NCBI GenBank assembly: GCA_051942245.1
Contig: JAVECL010000020.1
Location: 1-64,000 of the forward strand
Reading direction: 5' to 3'
From: Trypethelium eluteriae
Taxonomy: Eukaryota
DNA length: 64,000 nt
Every line of letters begins with the position of its first letter. Positions within the stretch are counted from its first letter, which is position 1. The notes beneath the pieces are model-generated. The model saw nothing but the letters and a program-made list of their open reading frames with translations, ran no database searches and was not told the DNA's origin. The position numbers were made by a program, and so were the translations under genes. Of this stretch, positions 1 through 13,267 are shown piece after piece.

Positions 1-1458
1 CCTCCACCCCAACAGGCAAGCTCTCATTAAACAGCGGGCCCCATATCCGTCTCATCTCCTCCTCGCCCTTTTCAATCACCCCTCGCGCCACCTTCCTCGT
101 CCAGCGGCCCGGTTCTAAGAGACACGACCGCACGACCAGTGTCTGAAGCTCCTCGGCATCGTGTCTGCGTCGGCAGACATCCGCCCAGGTGCCCGATGTG
201 AGGATATGCAGGATCCACGCGTGGGCTGCTTCGCGGGAAGAGTCGGGGTCGTCATCGGAGTTGGAGGTGACGTTTAGGTTGAGGTGGCCGAGGAGACAGG
301 TAAGGAGGATAGGGAGGAATGAGCGAGGGAGCTTGGAGGCGAGATCGAGGAGGAGCGGGTCCCAGATGGTGAAGGCACCGGTCATGGGGATAGGGGTGCT
401 GGTAGTCCTGAAGGAAGTTATTTGTTGGATTTTGAATGAGAAAGAGGTAGAGGAAAGGGGCGATGACTTACTGCTTTTGCGAGGGGAAAATGGTCTTGTG
501 GTCGATGAGGGTTGAGCAGAGGATGGAGAGCTTAGCTTTGTCTCCACGACACAGCTGGATACAGATGTCACTCGATTGACGGATCTTGACGGACATAGAC
601 ATTGGATTTGCCACCCCACTCTTGATTTCAGTCTTTCTACGTGCAAGGTATGTCTTAAGTGTGTCCTCAAGTCGGGCCTTGAGATAAACCATGTCTTTAG
701 ACGCCATATCTCCGTCGACCTCATCCGGCTGCGTGACAGAACGCGATAATGGGCGAGAATGTGGCTCATCCAGTTTCTTCCAGTAGAAGTTCCAGAGCCA
801 ATCCAGACCCGCCTTCACGTTGCGTTCGAGTCTTCCAAGAGAGGGCAGCTCCTCATGAGTAGCTTCGTGCCGCAACTCGACGAATGAGGCGGGCATATCA
901 ATCTCGCGGGCAACGGAATACATACTGAGGTTAATGCCTCTAGAGCTAGAGTCACAGAATCCAGTCACGAAGCTAGATTTTGGAAGTCAGCTACTGGAAG
1001 ACACATAAAAAAATATGAATGTAAATTGAAAACGTTAAGTAGATACTCACCGACAAAAGGCTGCGGAATATACAGCACGAATAGAGAAGATTGAATTTTT
1101 GCTAATATCATGATGGAGAACAGCATCCACAAGGAGAGCCGTCGACTCGACAGCATGAGGGAGATTACCACGAATCTTCCAGGCGCCGACCTGATGGTAA
1201 AGAATTAATTTCTGCTGAGTCCATCTAGTTCTAATTGAATGACTTCGGAGCAATAGAATCCCAAACGCTTAAGGTTGGGTATTGAATTTTTTGAGAACGA
1301 AGGTATATCAGATTTCTGGTCACGAGCAAATTACACACCAAATTGACGGCATCGTGCCTTTGATCGGTGATTCCCGATTCTTGTAATTGGTAAAATTGAC
1401 GTCGCACATCCAACAGCTCAGACTTCTCACGCCACGGAGTAATTGTGTATTGCCGCAT
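1..1458 (-). CDS. LAS1: Las1-like pre-rRNA processing endonuclease, 3' end outside the window
   Basis: Spliced translation: MRQYTITPW...W(K)IRGNLPHAVESTALL...FVTGFCD...FVELRHEATHEELPSL (HEPN RHxxxH motif)...GAFTIWDPLL. GT-AG introns at 1191-1338, about 975-1050 and 408-471. The frame stays open to position 1. Confidence 0.9.
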
Positions 1459-1951
1459 CTGGCCTGAGGATGGATCGATTATTGAAGATGCTCCGAAGAA
1501 CTTCTCTACTACCTTGAGTTTGGTTCATGCAAGGGCCAGGCCAAAGCTGACACATCCATTCGTTCAATGAAAAGATTGACCTGGCTTGGACTCCATGTCA
1601 GGCGTGGCGGGCGAGAAAGGTACCAAATTTCTTTGAGGGCAACACGTGTGGTGCGGAGCATTTGATGTGCGGCAACGGCTCAAAAAAAGACCATTACGAG
1701 TACATTCATCTTTGGCTTTGATCAGTGACAACCGAAATCAAGCATGAAGCTTGCTTGCAGGGTCCTTTCCGCTGTCTGTTGTACTATGTAAGGTATGATA
1801 TCGGCATCGCCATTCATCCTGCACACGGTTCACTATGGCTCGACCACGTGAAGGATGGCTAGAAGTATAAAACTAGGCTCAAATGGTATATGACTGGGAA
1901 TTCAACTCCACCGCTATGCAAAAAACGCTAGTAATAAAAAAGCAAGCCGTA

Positions 1952-3154
1952 TCATATCCACCCATATTCGAAAGCTGTGTTTGGCGCAGGCACGTTCTTC
2001 GGTTGACCATACCACCAATCGTTGCTATACGGTTCGTCATCATCGAAGAAAAAGCTCTGTCCTGCCAAGTTCGTTGGCTGATTGCTTGCGACTGTGACGT
2101 GAAGTCGGGGGTCATCCATGCTTGGTGGTTCCTCCTGCACCTCATCTTCAGAACTTCCATGATCGTCCTCCTCCTCATCATCCTCGCCATCGTCACCATG
2201 GTCTGGAGGGGGTTCGAATGTTTCCTCGAGCTTCAAGCCTTTTCCGCTGCTTTGAACAAGATCGGGGGCCAACCAACTATGGTAGCCGTCCACGTGGATG
2301 CGCCAAGAATTTGCTAGTGGCTCAGGGGGATCGTAGAGACCCATGCCAACGAGTGACTTGGATGAGTCTTTGGACCGTTGAGTTCGGAGTGTATGCTGGG
2401 TAGCATTCTGTGATGCGAGAGAATCCTGAGCTGGTTCGAAGTCTTCTTGTATTCCTGTTGGAGCCTGTACCGTAACGGATTCCACCGACTGTGGGAAAGT
2501 AGCCATTGCTGAACTCCAGTCTTCAGGGGCATCTGGGAGGAGTCCAAGATCACTGGCCATATATGGATCAATGTGAGCCATCAATGGCCATGTACATGCT
2601 GTTGTATATCGGTTCCAAAGAGCAAGATCCACACTCCTGCCATCCGTTGACAGTGATATTTCTGTGCCAGTATTGTTCGCTTGGGAGTGGTATCCTCCAT
2701 CAGTGAATGTGGGTCTTACTGCACAGTCGGAATGTCTATAGGCCGCCGGTATTGGAGGCACGTGGACAGATTGTCGTTTTTCGTGAGTGTGTTTCAATCC
2801 TGATCGAATGGCAGTTGACGCGGAGGGATGCCAGCTCATAGGTCGTATGCCATTTTTGTTGTCGACGTCATTCGCATAGGGCTCCGTCTCAGGCTCGGGG
2901 CTTCCAAACATTGCGTTATAATGGTCATCCAAGCTAGCATACTGTTTCACAGAAGTTGTCGTCCGCCTCCTTTGTAATGTATGCGGACTGCTGTGTGTTG
3001 TAGGAGGCTTTTCTACCCGAATGCTGCGTCGAGATGGTGTACCGGAGTGTCTTTTGGAGCTTCTAGAGTTGCGTCGAGATAATTGTGAAGAGGCCATTTG
3101 AAGGGAGACGTCATTGAGTAGTGATTCGTAATCATTTTGGAGTTCGGTATTCAT
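1952..3154 (-). CDS. Conserved fungal hypothetical protein (400 aa, disordered, acidic tract)
   Basis: Single long ORF with ATG. Short motifs RPMSWHP, LVGMGLYDPP and GKGLKLEETF resemble a Pezizomycotina family of unknown function. Confidence 0.75.
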   Translation of the reverse strand: MNTELQNDYESLLNDVSLQMASSQLSRRNSRSSKRHSGTPSRRSIRVEKPPTTHSSPHTLQRRRTTTSVKQYASLDDHYNAMFGSPEPETEPYANDVDNKNGIRPMSWHPSASTAIRSGLKHTHEKRQSVHVPPIPAAYRHSDCAVRPTFTDGGYHSQANNTGTEISLSTDGRSVDLALWNRYTTACTWPLMAHIDPYMASDLGLLPDAPEDWSSAMATFPQSVESVTVQAPTGIQEDFEPAQDSLASQNATQHTLRTQRSKDSSKSLVGMGLYDPPEPLANSWRIHVDGYHSWLAPDLVQSSGKGLKLEETFEPPPDHGDDGEDDEEEDDHGSSEDEVQEEPPSMDDPRLHVTVASNQPTNLAGQSFFFDDDEPYSNDWWYGQPKNVPAPNTAFEYGWI

Positions 3155-6100
3155 TGCAGAGATTCTCTTCTACAGAGACACATGTACAGCAATACGATAA
3201 AATGAATAACAGAGATTGATCGGGTTGAGAGCAGTGCAGAGAAGAGCGGTGGGGTTAGTATTATTCAAGTTGAGAGGAAGAGCGAATGTGGGGGGCAAGC
3301 GGGTGTACATCAGCTAGAAATGACTCCGGCCGGAATGGTATGCAGAACCGAGCATCTAAGAGGATTAAGTTTTGATTACTTAGCCTGGGAATGGCCGGCT
3401 GAAAAGCCAATCGCCGCTAATGTGGTTGCGCCCTCTGCTACAAGGCGGAGGCTCAGGCAACGCAGACGCAGACGCCGAGATGTATGTCCACAAGCAGAAA
3501 GGTAGATCCTCACAGGAAAAAAAAGCCCCACCAACTGCTCAGGGTCAGCAATTTACGTAGGGGAAGGGGTGCGGATCCGGGGCTTGGACCAGACGCGATG
3601 CAAGCGACAGAAATATGGATGATGGATGGATGATGCACGACCAGGGTTCTCAATTCCCCACTGTCGCTGCCGAAGGCCACGCCGGTCAACTCCAGGGTGC
3701 GCGTGGAAGAAAAGTAAAACGGCTGGGCTAGCTTGATGACCATTAGCACTGCATCACTTCCATACACCACGGCGTTGGTGGCGGTACGGAGCAGCTACAA
3801 AGCACCATCTACCGTAGCATCTGCCATCCTTGTTATACTCCTGCCGCCGTACATAGGTAGCTTACGAGGCGGTCAGTCTTGCACACTGTTGCAGGCAGCA
3901 AAGCTAGGCCATAGTCTTCCATCCCGTCAGAGACGTCAATCAATAACAGGAATACGTACCCCGTACTCCGATCTCGTCTCCCAAAACGGCTGAGGCCTAT
4001 GTTGTTTCTTGTGCATGGCGGAGTCGGCCTCTTGGACGGCCCATCAGACACTGGCTTGCAATGATCGAAACAGGAAGCTTGACTGCCTTGACATGGGCTG
4101 ACACGGCACCACGGTATAATGTTTCTAGCGTTGGCACTCGGCCCAAGGGGGTTCTGAGCGACTCGCAGAACCGGGACAGAGGCGAAAATTACAGCAGCTG
4201 GATGGGTCGGTGTACACGATGCTTCAGGACAAACCCCCGTGAAGACGGTCAGTTGGCGGTAATTGCTTCAAACGGCAGCAAGGGTGGGCTGACGACGGCA
4301 ACGCTCGTGTGCCAGATTCTAGAAGACAATCACGTCGCGGTAGGGGCCCAGCCAATGAGGAGATGGCGAGTCGCATCGTCGGGCCTGGTGGAGAGTGTGG
4401 GCCCACGTTTCTTTTTGACGTTGATGCTTCAGCCGGGGCCGCCCACTTCGAGTGTGCGGGTTGGAATGGCACGAATGGTTGGAAGTGCCCTCCACGACCG
4501 TGATTCGTGCCGCAGCTTGCCGAGGATCCATGTCGATGGAGACGCTGATGGTGCTGATGAGCCAGAGATGCAGGCTGGGCCTGGCCTGGAGGTTCCCGCG
4601 GTCTGATTCCGAGCTCGGATAGCCACTTCTTGCTATTTTGCCGTCACCTGTGGCCTGTGGCTTTGTAACGGACCAAAACCATATCAACAGTCTTGGGTCG
4701 CGAAAACTCCCTGCATTTGGCACGATGCAGTGTTGCTCAGAAAGACATTGGCCCTCTTCCGGTCCGACTTGGAAACACTCCCGAAAGTCAATCTGGGCAG
4801 TGCAGACGCCAAGGAAATCAACTCGATTCCAATCACTCCAATCACCCCAATCATCGTCTCCATCATCCCAATCATCCTTCTGGAGCGCCTACGGACCACT
4901 TGGACTCTCAATCGTACCTTCACTCCTTGGCCCACAAAGGAGCGATAACCATGTTACGATCATGAGTTAGGCGAGTCAAAGATCACGCCTCGCTTGCTCA
5001 GTCCGCGTGGCGTCTGGGTCAGCAGAGTGCACGAGACTGGAGGGTGCGAGCCTCTTTTCAAATTGTGACGATCTTAGCACTTGCACAAGTGAGTGACTGT
5101 GACTCTGACTGAGATGGGGCGCCTAAGCACCATGTACACCGTATCCGCAAAATATCGGCGGCAACGTCTTCAGTACAAGATCAACATTCGGAACACAAAG
5201 CATCCCTGGCCTTTGAGACATCTAGTGAACAGGTCTACAAGGCACCCGGTCCTACGATGACCTTTTCAGCGACCGTCTTGTCTGCAAGCTTCTGCTGCAC
5301 CCTGGTCGGGGTTGTGGGAAGCTAAATCTGCAGGTCACTTTACCCAATTTAGCACTGAAGCACACACGTCAGTCATCCTCCAGATCGAGCCTCCTGGACT
5401 CCAAGCGCGCCCGGGGAGGGCAAAGCAGTCCGCGCACAAGGCTGGAGTGGCTGGGCACTACCTGATGCATCAACCCTGTCACGACTCATCATTGATCCCG
5501 GCTCGGGCTCGAGACGAAGCGGGAAAGCCTTTTTTAACCTTGATCCCTTCGCTGCATGCACGCTTAGTCCCGCGATTCGGCGCTAGGCGACTGCTCTTCC
5601 GAAAAGTCATGGAACACGGGGCGGGCCTATCAGCGATCGCAATCGCCTGTGCAAACCGTGGCAGTGGGCTCGGCCCAAAGGGGGTCTCTGCGTCGACCCC
5701 GGTGCCCCCAGGATGAGCTGCCGCCATTAATTGGCGGCACGTACTCCGTACTGCAAGACGCTGCAACTCGTGGGCAGGCGCAGGGGGAGCGGATCGATTC
5801 ATGCACAGAGTCAGCCGTAAACCGTTTCCTGATCTCATGCAATCCAGACGCCGTTGCACGACTTGCATCTTGGCCATTATTCATGTGTTCGAACTATTAT
5901 ATTCCGTACCAAGGAAAAAGCCCTTCCGAACATATCGCCTTGGTATGCAGCCTTCTTATAGTCGCTTTACGCTGCGCAGGTGCACAAGGTTGGGATCGGA
6001 GCTAATCATACTTCGTGTATTGGGATACTTAGTCCGAAAGTAAGTGGACACGGAGTACATTCATATACTCTGACGTCGTTGACAAGTTAACCCTGCGCTG

Positions 6101-7548
6101 CCTCTGCCGACATACTATTCGAGGGATGCGTCAAGCACGAGCATCGGCATGGGCTAAAAGTCTGGGAATTCCGCATCGAGATGCATGGCAAGAAGCCCAT
6201 ATCAGGGTATCAGAGTGTAATAATCCTTTCACGAACCCAGGATTCTCCTTGTCGCTTGCGGCCCCTCTTGGATTATGGGAGAATCTTAAATCCAACCTCG
6301 CTTGATCTAATCCTGGCGACTGTCACTACAACTGTAGTGTGTTTCACGACCCAGAGCGTAGAAAAGCTTGCAACCTTTTTATTGCATAGCCAACAGATGC
6401 CTTTCACCAAAATGGTCTGTGTCCAACCATGAGCAGTCGTTCACCATGCGCGATCTTGTGTCACTATTATAGTCAGAGGCCGATGAATTTCGTTTGTGCG
6501 TCACGACAAGGAGAAACGTGGGTACGCTTTTCACGCATTGACACATGCAGACGGATGGACGGCAGGACAGGCACCGGAGTGTTGTCCCATACCGGGCTCT
6601 TAGGGCAAAGGAGTTGTAGGCCTTAGCCGCCTGAAAATCGAAGAAAGCTACAGTATCTCCGTAAGTGGCATGATTGGGCATGTGCTCTTAGCTTCTGAGT
6701 GTTTGTCGATTTCTTGGCTCATGTGATAATGTGTTTGAAGTTCCTTAAAACTCTACGGAGTCCAGGATTCCGTTGGCTTTCTCTTGTGAATCCGCTACCG
6801 TAGACCGCCCAGTGCAGTGGCCGGAACCTCCCCTTTGAGTAGTCTACCATGTTTTGGCGATATACCCGGGGACCAACGTTGGGTTGGCAAGCCTTCTCCG
6901 AAGTTGCTCTGACCGCTTATGTTTTGCGTCGTCGACTACCTAAGGAGGGAAGTGCCTCTCCGTGCGCGCTCTTCTACTGTGTGGGCTTAGGGAGTGAATT
7001 TGGGTTTGCCGTGCCCCAAGCCTAGCTTACAATGATTATTCCACTGAGTATCCGTAGACAATGACTCCGTACAATGTTTGGCGTATGCGGGATCCGAGCC
7101 CACCGAGATGTCATCAATTGCTGATTGCCTTGCCTGTTGATATTTTTGGTAATGCTAATGTAACAATACGTCGCTACTGAACATGATATAGTTAGATCTA
7201 GCTGTTCACGAATGTGCAATATACTGATAAGTAATCGGCGGCAGTGGTGGGGAGATCCTGGCCAGTCCTCACTTCATATCCGCTGGATGCTATCTGCACA
7301 AATATATCGTAAGCACATGCATGCAGCAGGACCATAATTCCATGTGATGAATAGGCTGACTTGAATTCTAGGGTGCCTTTAATCACCTGAGAAGAGAATG
7401 GCGCGTACGTATCCATTAGCAAGACACTTTTGTCGGGTTCGGGAGGGTTGCGCCGACGTCATCGGTCATTGGGGATTGACGATGAATAAACTTTACGAAT
7501 AAGGTAATTGACCAGCATGGTTTTGACAGTCTCTACGTGCCCGGCATC

Positions 7549-9331
7549 ATGACTGAAACCAACAACGTGCGTCCAGAAATGACAGCTACCAGTTTATGCG
7601 CTCCCACGCGTAGTGAGGTGGGCAGCTCAGGTCTGAATACAATGCTTCCTGCTAATGGGCTCCAGAATGATGGTGACTTAAGTCATAGCGATTCCGAAGC
7701 CCAGCAAGCTCTTGAGGTAAGAATCTTTACCTAGAAACGTTGATTTACTACTGAACAAGATTGCAGGTAGTCTTCAACGGCGAAAGTGTACGGCGTCGGA
7801 AAGCCTCGCTCAATCCCAGCGCAGATAGTCAAATACCTAGACGTACCTCCTGCTTCGTACACTCCTTACTACGTGCTCAAGAGAAGGACATCCACCATGA
7901 ACCGAATACCAATAATGAAAGTCCTGCCGACAAAGCCCCAGACCTGGCTCCGGAAGAAGAACACGGCGTGCAGTCAAGGCTTCTCACGAAGACTCAGTTG
8001 TCAGATATGGCATTCAACATCCGTGAACTTTCCAAAAAGCTCTCTCATATTACGGTGAAACTCAAGGTCCGCAGGGTCTTTCTGTTAACCAAAGCCCATG
8101 ACAACACTATTGTCCAGCATACGAGGGAAGTTGCTCAGTGGCTACTATCGAAGGAGCGAGGAGAGTCGTATACCGTGTAAGTTGCTTGGTCCATCCGCAG
8201 CAAGTGCTGCACCTACGGAAGTGTGTCATTAACAGAGGCTGCAGCTATGTGGAAAATACTTTGGAACACAATAAACAGTTCGATACCCGAGGACTTCTAG
8301 CGCTGGATCCCTCTTATGAGCAAAGATTGAAATTTTGGGACAATGAACTTTGCAAGCATCATCCACATCGGTTCGACATTGTGCTGGCTCTTGGGGGAGA
8401 CGGTACAGTCTTATATGCAAGCTGGCTGTTTCAGAAAATTGTCCCACCAGTGATCCCCTTTGCCTTAGGCTCGCTGGGATTCTTAACAAGATTCGACTTT
8501 GATGATTACTCACAGACCCTGACGAAAGCTTTTCACAATGGCATTACGGTTAGTCTAAGATTACGTTTCGAGGTTACGGTCATGAGAGCACAGGGGAAAC
8601 TAGATGCCGATTCCCGGGATCTGATCGAGGAGCTTATTGGCGAAGAGGCCGATGATGCTCATACACACAAGCCTGAGATTTCTCATGATATTCTAAATGA
8701 TTTGGTCATCGACAGAGGACCTAATCCCAGTAAGTCAATCCAGCCGCGCTACTTCGGCATATTCTCATCTCATGCATAATAGCAATGTCTTCAATCGAGC
8801 TGTTCGGAGACGACGAGCACTACACGACGTTGCAAGCAGATGGGATCTGCGTAGCAACCCCGACCGGTTCGACTGCATACAATCTCGCAGCGGGTGGATC
8901 ATTGTGGTATGCAGAGCCGTCAGTCTACTCAACGTGCGCCAAAGCTTACGAAACCTAACTTGAAGCCATCCTGATAATCCCATAATTCTTGTTACGGCTA
9001 TCTGCGCCCATACCCTATCATTTCGGCCAATCATCCTCCCAGATACGATAGTCTTGCGTGCGGGGGTACCCTATGATGCTCGAGCAGGCTGCTGGGCGAG
9101 CTTCGACGGTAAAGAAAGGTAGCCTTCAACAATTGTCCTCGACGGCCAAAATGACACTAATCAAACCCTAGAATTGAGTTGCATCCTGGAGACTACGTGA
9201 CTATCTCGGCCTCGAGATTTCCATTTCCCTCAGTACTACCACTCGAACGACAGCGCGAGGATTGGATACAGGCGATCTCTCGGACTCTGAACTGGAACTC
9301 GAGGCAAAGGCAGAAGAGTTTCAAGGACTGA
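7549..9331 (+). CDS. ATP-NAD kinase (Utr1/Yef1-like)
   Basis: Motifs LGGDGTVL, GSLGFLT, LND(L)VIDRG, ADGICVATPTGSTAYNLAAGG and LNWNSRQRQK. Six exons joined in frame through introns 7717-7766, 8177-8244, 8730-8782, 8907-8965 and 9119-9171; stop TGA 9329-9331. Confidence 0.93.
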
Positions 9332-10644
9332 AATGACCTGAGCAATAAAATTAAATGGATACATCCAATGCATCTATGGTATAGTGCGGTATGAGCCTCA
9401 CTGATCACTTCTTGCGGCAGTGTCGCCGATCATAACAGTCACGACCAGTCACGACCAGTCTCTGATGCCCCACATCGCGAATGATGGAATTATTCTTCGT
9501 GGATCATGAATGGAGGAAACTAGAGAGCGGCTCTACCAGCAATAACTAGACACAGTCAAAAAGACTCGCTGAAAAAGTATGGGTATCTAGCCATTTAGGC
9601 TTAATTTATGATTTACATCACTCTGATTATGATAGAGCTAGAATTCCGGCAAGTGATCTTCAGTTGCAGAAAATGCTTATTGGCTGGCCACAGCAGGGAG
9701 GATAGATTCCTGTTGCGCCCTATGTCACGGTATGTTACGATTGCTGTGGCTGTGGATAGCTATCGTGGCGGCGCGGGAATAGGTATGGTTGCAGTGATAG
9801 AACAGAGGTGAATTGAGGCTTTCTCCAACCGCAGGGACGTGATCAAGTAGTTGCCCAGCGTCATTGATGTAAAGAATATCCACTTCGCTCTCCGACTCGT
9901 TGATCTCGATCAAATCCAAGGCCACGAAATATCCACTTCTCTCTATCGCCAAGACCTCGTTGACATCTGTCTCTCTAATCGAGGACTCCTCGGTTCACGC
10001 AACCCTTGTTGCTCGCCCGTGCGACCATATGAAGCAAGACTGCAGACTACAAACACGGCTGTGGGCCATTTACTACACGCTCTCTTAACGCGCGAGGAAT
10101 CTGGCAAGTCAGGAAAGATCTCTGCAAATGACGGAATTCAAGTTATGGAGATATCATGATAACGTCCCGTTACCTCGACACTATGTCACTCTCAAGGAGG
10201 ATCTTCTCACTGGCGAAACAGACATCGTACGAAGGCATTTGCGAGGAGCAATAGCTGAGATTTACTTCACCCTACCAATAGTCGCTCTACCACGAGTTGA
10301 AAGGCTTGCTCTGGGTCAGCGGTTTGTCTACCTTTTATTGTGGGTTGAATCAAGACTTCAAATATATACGTTCTGTGACGCTCAAAGCTGATATTCTACT
10401 AAGAGATGCTCTTTGACGTCTTAATCTTCTCGCCATAGACTATGACCTAATCACACGTCTCTTTAGCCTACCCGTCGTCGACCATATCGTGATATATGCA
10501 TACGGTAGTGAAGAGTAGCTCAAGGCTGCTTTGAAGGTATAGCTTGTTGATTGCAATCCATATTAAAAGTACAACTAAATCTAAATTACTCAAAGATCAG
10601 TCTGTGAAGAGGAATATAAGGATTGAGATAGAGTAACCGGTACT

Positions 10645-11325
10645 CTAATACCACGCTAGTCTCTGCCACTCAATGAATTCCAACACACCCAATGCAGCTT
10701 CCACACCAACCATTACCGCTACATCAAGAGCCTCATCACTTGTCGGGTACCTGCCGACTACACCATCCCCCTTCACTCGATTTTCCTTTCCGTCTTCTTC
10801 TCTTAATTCAGCAACCAATTTTACACTCATTGCTGCGGCAAGTAAGACCCAGTATGTTGCATTCACCAGCCTCACTATCCTGGCTTGCCAAGATGATCTC
10901 AGCACGAGCGCTGCCAGTATACCGCCAAATGTGAAGGGCAAGAGACCAATGCCCAAGTCTGCCAGGTTAAGACGTGCGATTTCGAGAGCCATCATGCTCA
11001 GCATGGCTATCGCAAGCAAGTAATACAGCACCGACAGGATTCGAATGAAGACACCGCGTCTTGGCGCCGGGTCGTCGTCCCATTCAGATCGAAGGATTGG
11101 AAGTCCGTCATCGTCAACGAATCTGTCGGTAGCGGACAGGCGCTTAGTGTTGTGACTTCGTAGGGACTTGGCATAGAGAGGAAGCAGGAACGGAAGGACG
11201 AAGAGGTAAAGCCAGGTGACGGACGGCGTGAGGATAGTATCGAGGAAGCAGGTTGTGGGAATAGAAGGATGGAGAGAACTGTGCGGTCCGAAGCCCTCAG
11301 GGCGGTTCTTGCAGAGGGTCACCAT
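10645..11325 (-). CDS. Multi-pass membrane protein, fungal hypothetical
   Basis: 226-aa ORF with about 5 hydrophobic segments and an N-terminal C..EGFGP motif. Confidence 0.75.
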   Translation of the reverse strand: MVTLCKNRPEGFGPHSSLHPSIPTTCFLDTILTPSVTWLYLFVLPFLLPLYAKSLRSHNTKRLSATDRFVDDDGLPILRSEWDDDPAPRRGVFIRILSVLYYLLAIAMLSMMALEIARLNLADLGIGLLPFTFGGILAALVLRSSWQARIVRLVNATYWVLLAAAMSVKLVAELREEDGKENRVKGDGVVGRYPTSDEALDVAVMVGVEAALGVLEFIEWQRLAWY

Positions 11326-12579
11326 CTCGGCGCTCTTGAGGTCCAGCTCTTGAGGTCCAGCTCAGGGCGGCCAGAGTGATTGAAGAGCACGGAAAGGCCG
11401 AACGATAAGTGAAGGTGTATAGTTCATGATGACGAACGCTAGATAGTCTTATGGTTCGCTTTGTGCCTGAAAGTCGCGGGATGAAAGGGGGGATGGTGAA
11501 GCGCTACGAGCGACATGAAGCGTCAGAGATTCTCGGTGGTTGTCGCACCCGCACCACCGCAAAACCACCACACCACGGTTCTGTACTCTGAAATTCTCCG
11601 CCTCCCACACAACCCCATGCGGCTTGCTTGACGAAGTAGGCTATTTCCAACGCTCTCTGAGTCTGGAAACTTTGTCACAGACCTGGGAAGCCATGCTGGC
11701 GCTTGGGTTGGTTCCAGCTCGTCCCAAAGTCTCCTTGACTTGCATATCCTTCAACCTTACTTGACCAATGAGCCCAGAAGGCATGTCGGCTTAGCGCGTA
11801 CAACATACGAGGACGGATACCTTGTACATTTCAGTCATGGAGCAATGATAGAATCGTTGGTCTGCAAAAGGTAGGGTTCACTGTAGGCGCCAGCGATATC
11901 AAAATCAGCCCACGTGACATTCTTACGGGAACACGACCAAGTCTTGGAGTCCCCAACTCCTGACGCTCTAATTGCGCTTGGTTTGTATGCTTTTCATACG
12001 ACATGATTCCGGACTCGTGTCGTGTCAGATTTCGGCCCCACTTGGAATAGGACACCGAACCTTGGTCGAACAGGAGATGGACTGAATTAATCGAGGAACC
12101 TCAAGGCGGAACTAATTTCTTCATGGTAGACTCTTGTACATTGATACAAATCATTGTGTCCGCCGGGCATCCAGTGTGAGATCCATGACGCCTTCCATTA
12201 CGGTATCCTGAGGCAAGGTATCTGAAGAGGGAATCTGTGCAATTCGGCATGGCCTTCTATTCTCGTGTCTATTTGAGAAAGCACAGGCTATTACAAGGGG
12301 CTTTTGGTGCTGGTCCCTTATCTGCACTCGTCACGTCACGTAGTCTTAAATTCGTGCGTAGCAGCCCACCAAGATAAGGGATGATTATGAGAATTCAAGG
12401 TTTTCAGCTGATCCCAGTTCTTCAACTGCTGGAAGAATATAGCGAGAAGAAGGCAGAACGAGGATACCTTTTGAAAATCAGGGTACTCTGTCCAAACGTA
12501 TCCCGTAATGAGTTACTGTCAGTTGGCCGGTGAGCTGGCCCGATACAGAGTTGTCCCTCATAATACCTACTCCTATCTA

Positions 12580-13158
12580 CCTTAGACTATCCCTCCGACT
12601 TTTAACACGGACCACAGCACCCCGAAACTTTCCATCTCAACCAATTTGATGTTTCAATATTTGCTCATTTGGCTACTCGCTCAACGAACTTCGTATTGAA
12701 TTCTATAGCAGCTATTATAACACCAAAAAGTAAACAAGATGAGATACATAGGAGGCACAGGAGCGTAAAGAGGTTGTTATTTTTGGTTGTTGGTCTGTGT
12801 GTCAAAAGTAGACAATTATTAACCTGGCAAACGCCCGGCAGAGGAGGGATACTTGAGCCTCAACACAGCAATCTTGGTATCGCCAGAGCTTGTAAACCTC
12901 TCCATCCAACTAAAAAGATGTCCGATTTAACACACAGACTAACAATAAATACATAACAACGTGCTCCTCATACTTCTGTGCCTTCTATACCTCTAATCTT
13001 ATCTATTTTTAACATTACAGTAGCTACTGTAACAGGCTGTATAAAGTTCGCAAAGTGAATGGCCGAATAAGCAAATATCAAAACACCGACTTAGTTGAGA
13101 TGGAGAGGTTTTGGAGTGTGGTGGTCCGTGTCAAATTCGGACATTTTCTAGTCGGACG
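12580..13158. mobile_element. Non-autonomous DNA transposon (MITE-like, Tc1/mariner-pogo type), degenerate
   Basis: About 100-bp imperfect terminal inverted repeats: 12594-12696 (tccgacttttaacacggaccac...tccatctcaac...atatttgct...cgaactt) match the reverse complement of about 13040-13141. TA dinucleotides flank the element at 12578-12579 and 13159-13160. AT-rich non-coding interior; partial internal TIR copy near 12918-12945. Confidence 0.75.
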
Positions 13159-13267
13159 TAGAGCTAGATAAGAATAGGTAAGGTCCCCACCTGCGGAGCA
13201 CTCCATAGAAATCTCAGAAATCCTGCTAACGAACCAGTCCGGAAGACGACCGTATCAGAAGTGATAC

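Noticed and set aside
1191..1338. Longer LAS1 intron as a snoRNA host
   Set aside because: No properly placed C/D boxes or H/ACA hairpin pair seen.
3320..7422. Many short overlapping ORFs on both strands
   Set aside because: No recognisable domains, no consistent exon chain and mostly non-ATG starts; treated as intergenic noise.
9436..9460. Short tandem repeat (cagtcacgac x2.5); similar duplications near 11332, 17968 and 34278
   Set aside because: Simple slippage duplications with no spacers; not CRISPR-like and no sign of function.
9725..10391. ORFs between the NAD kinase and the membrane protein
   Set aside because: No coherent spliced product or known motif could be built.
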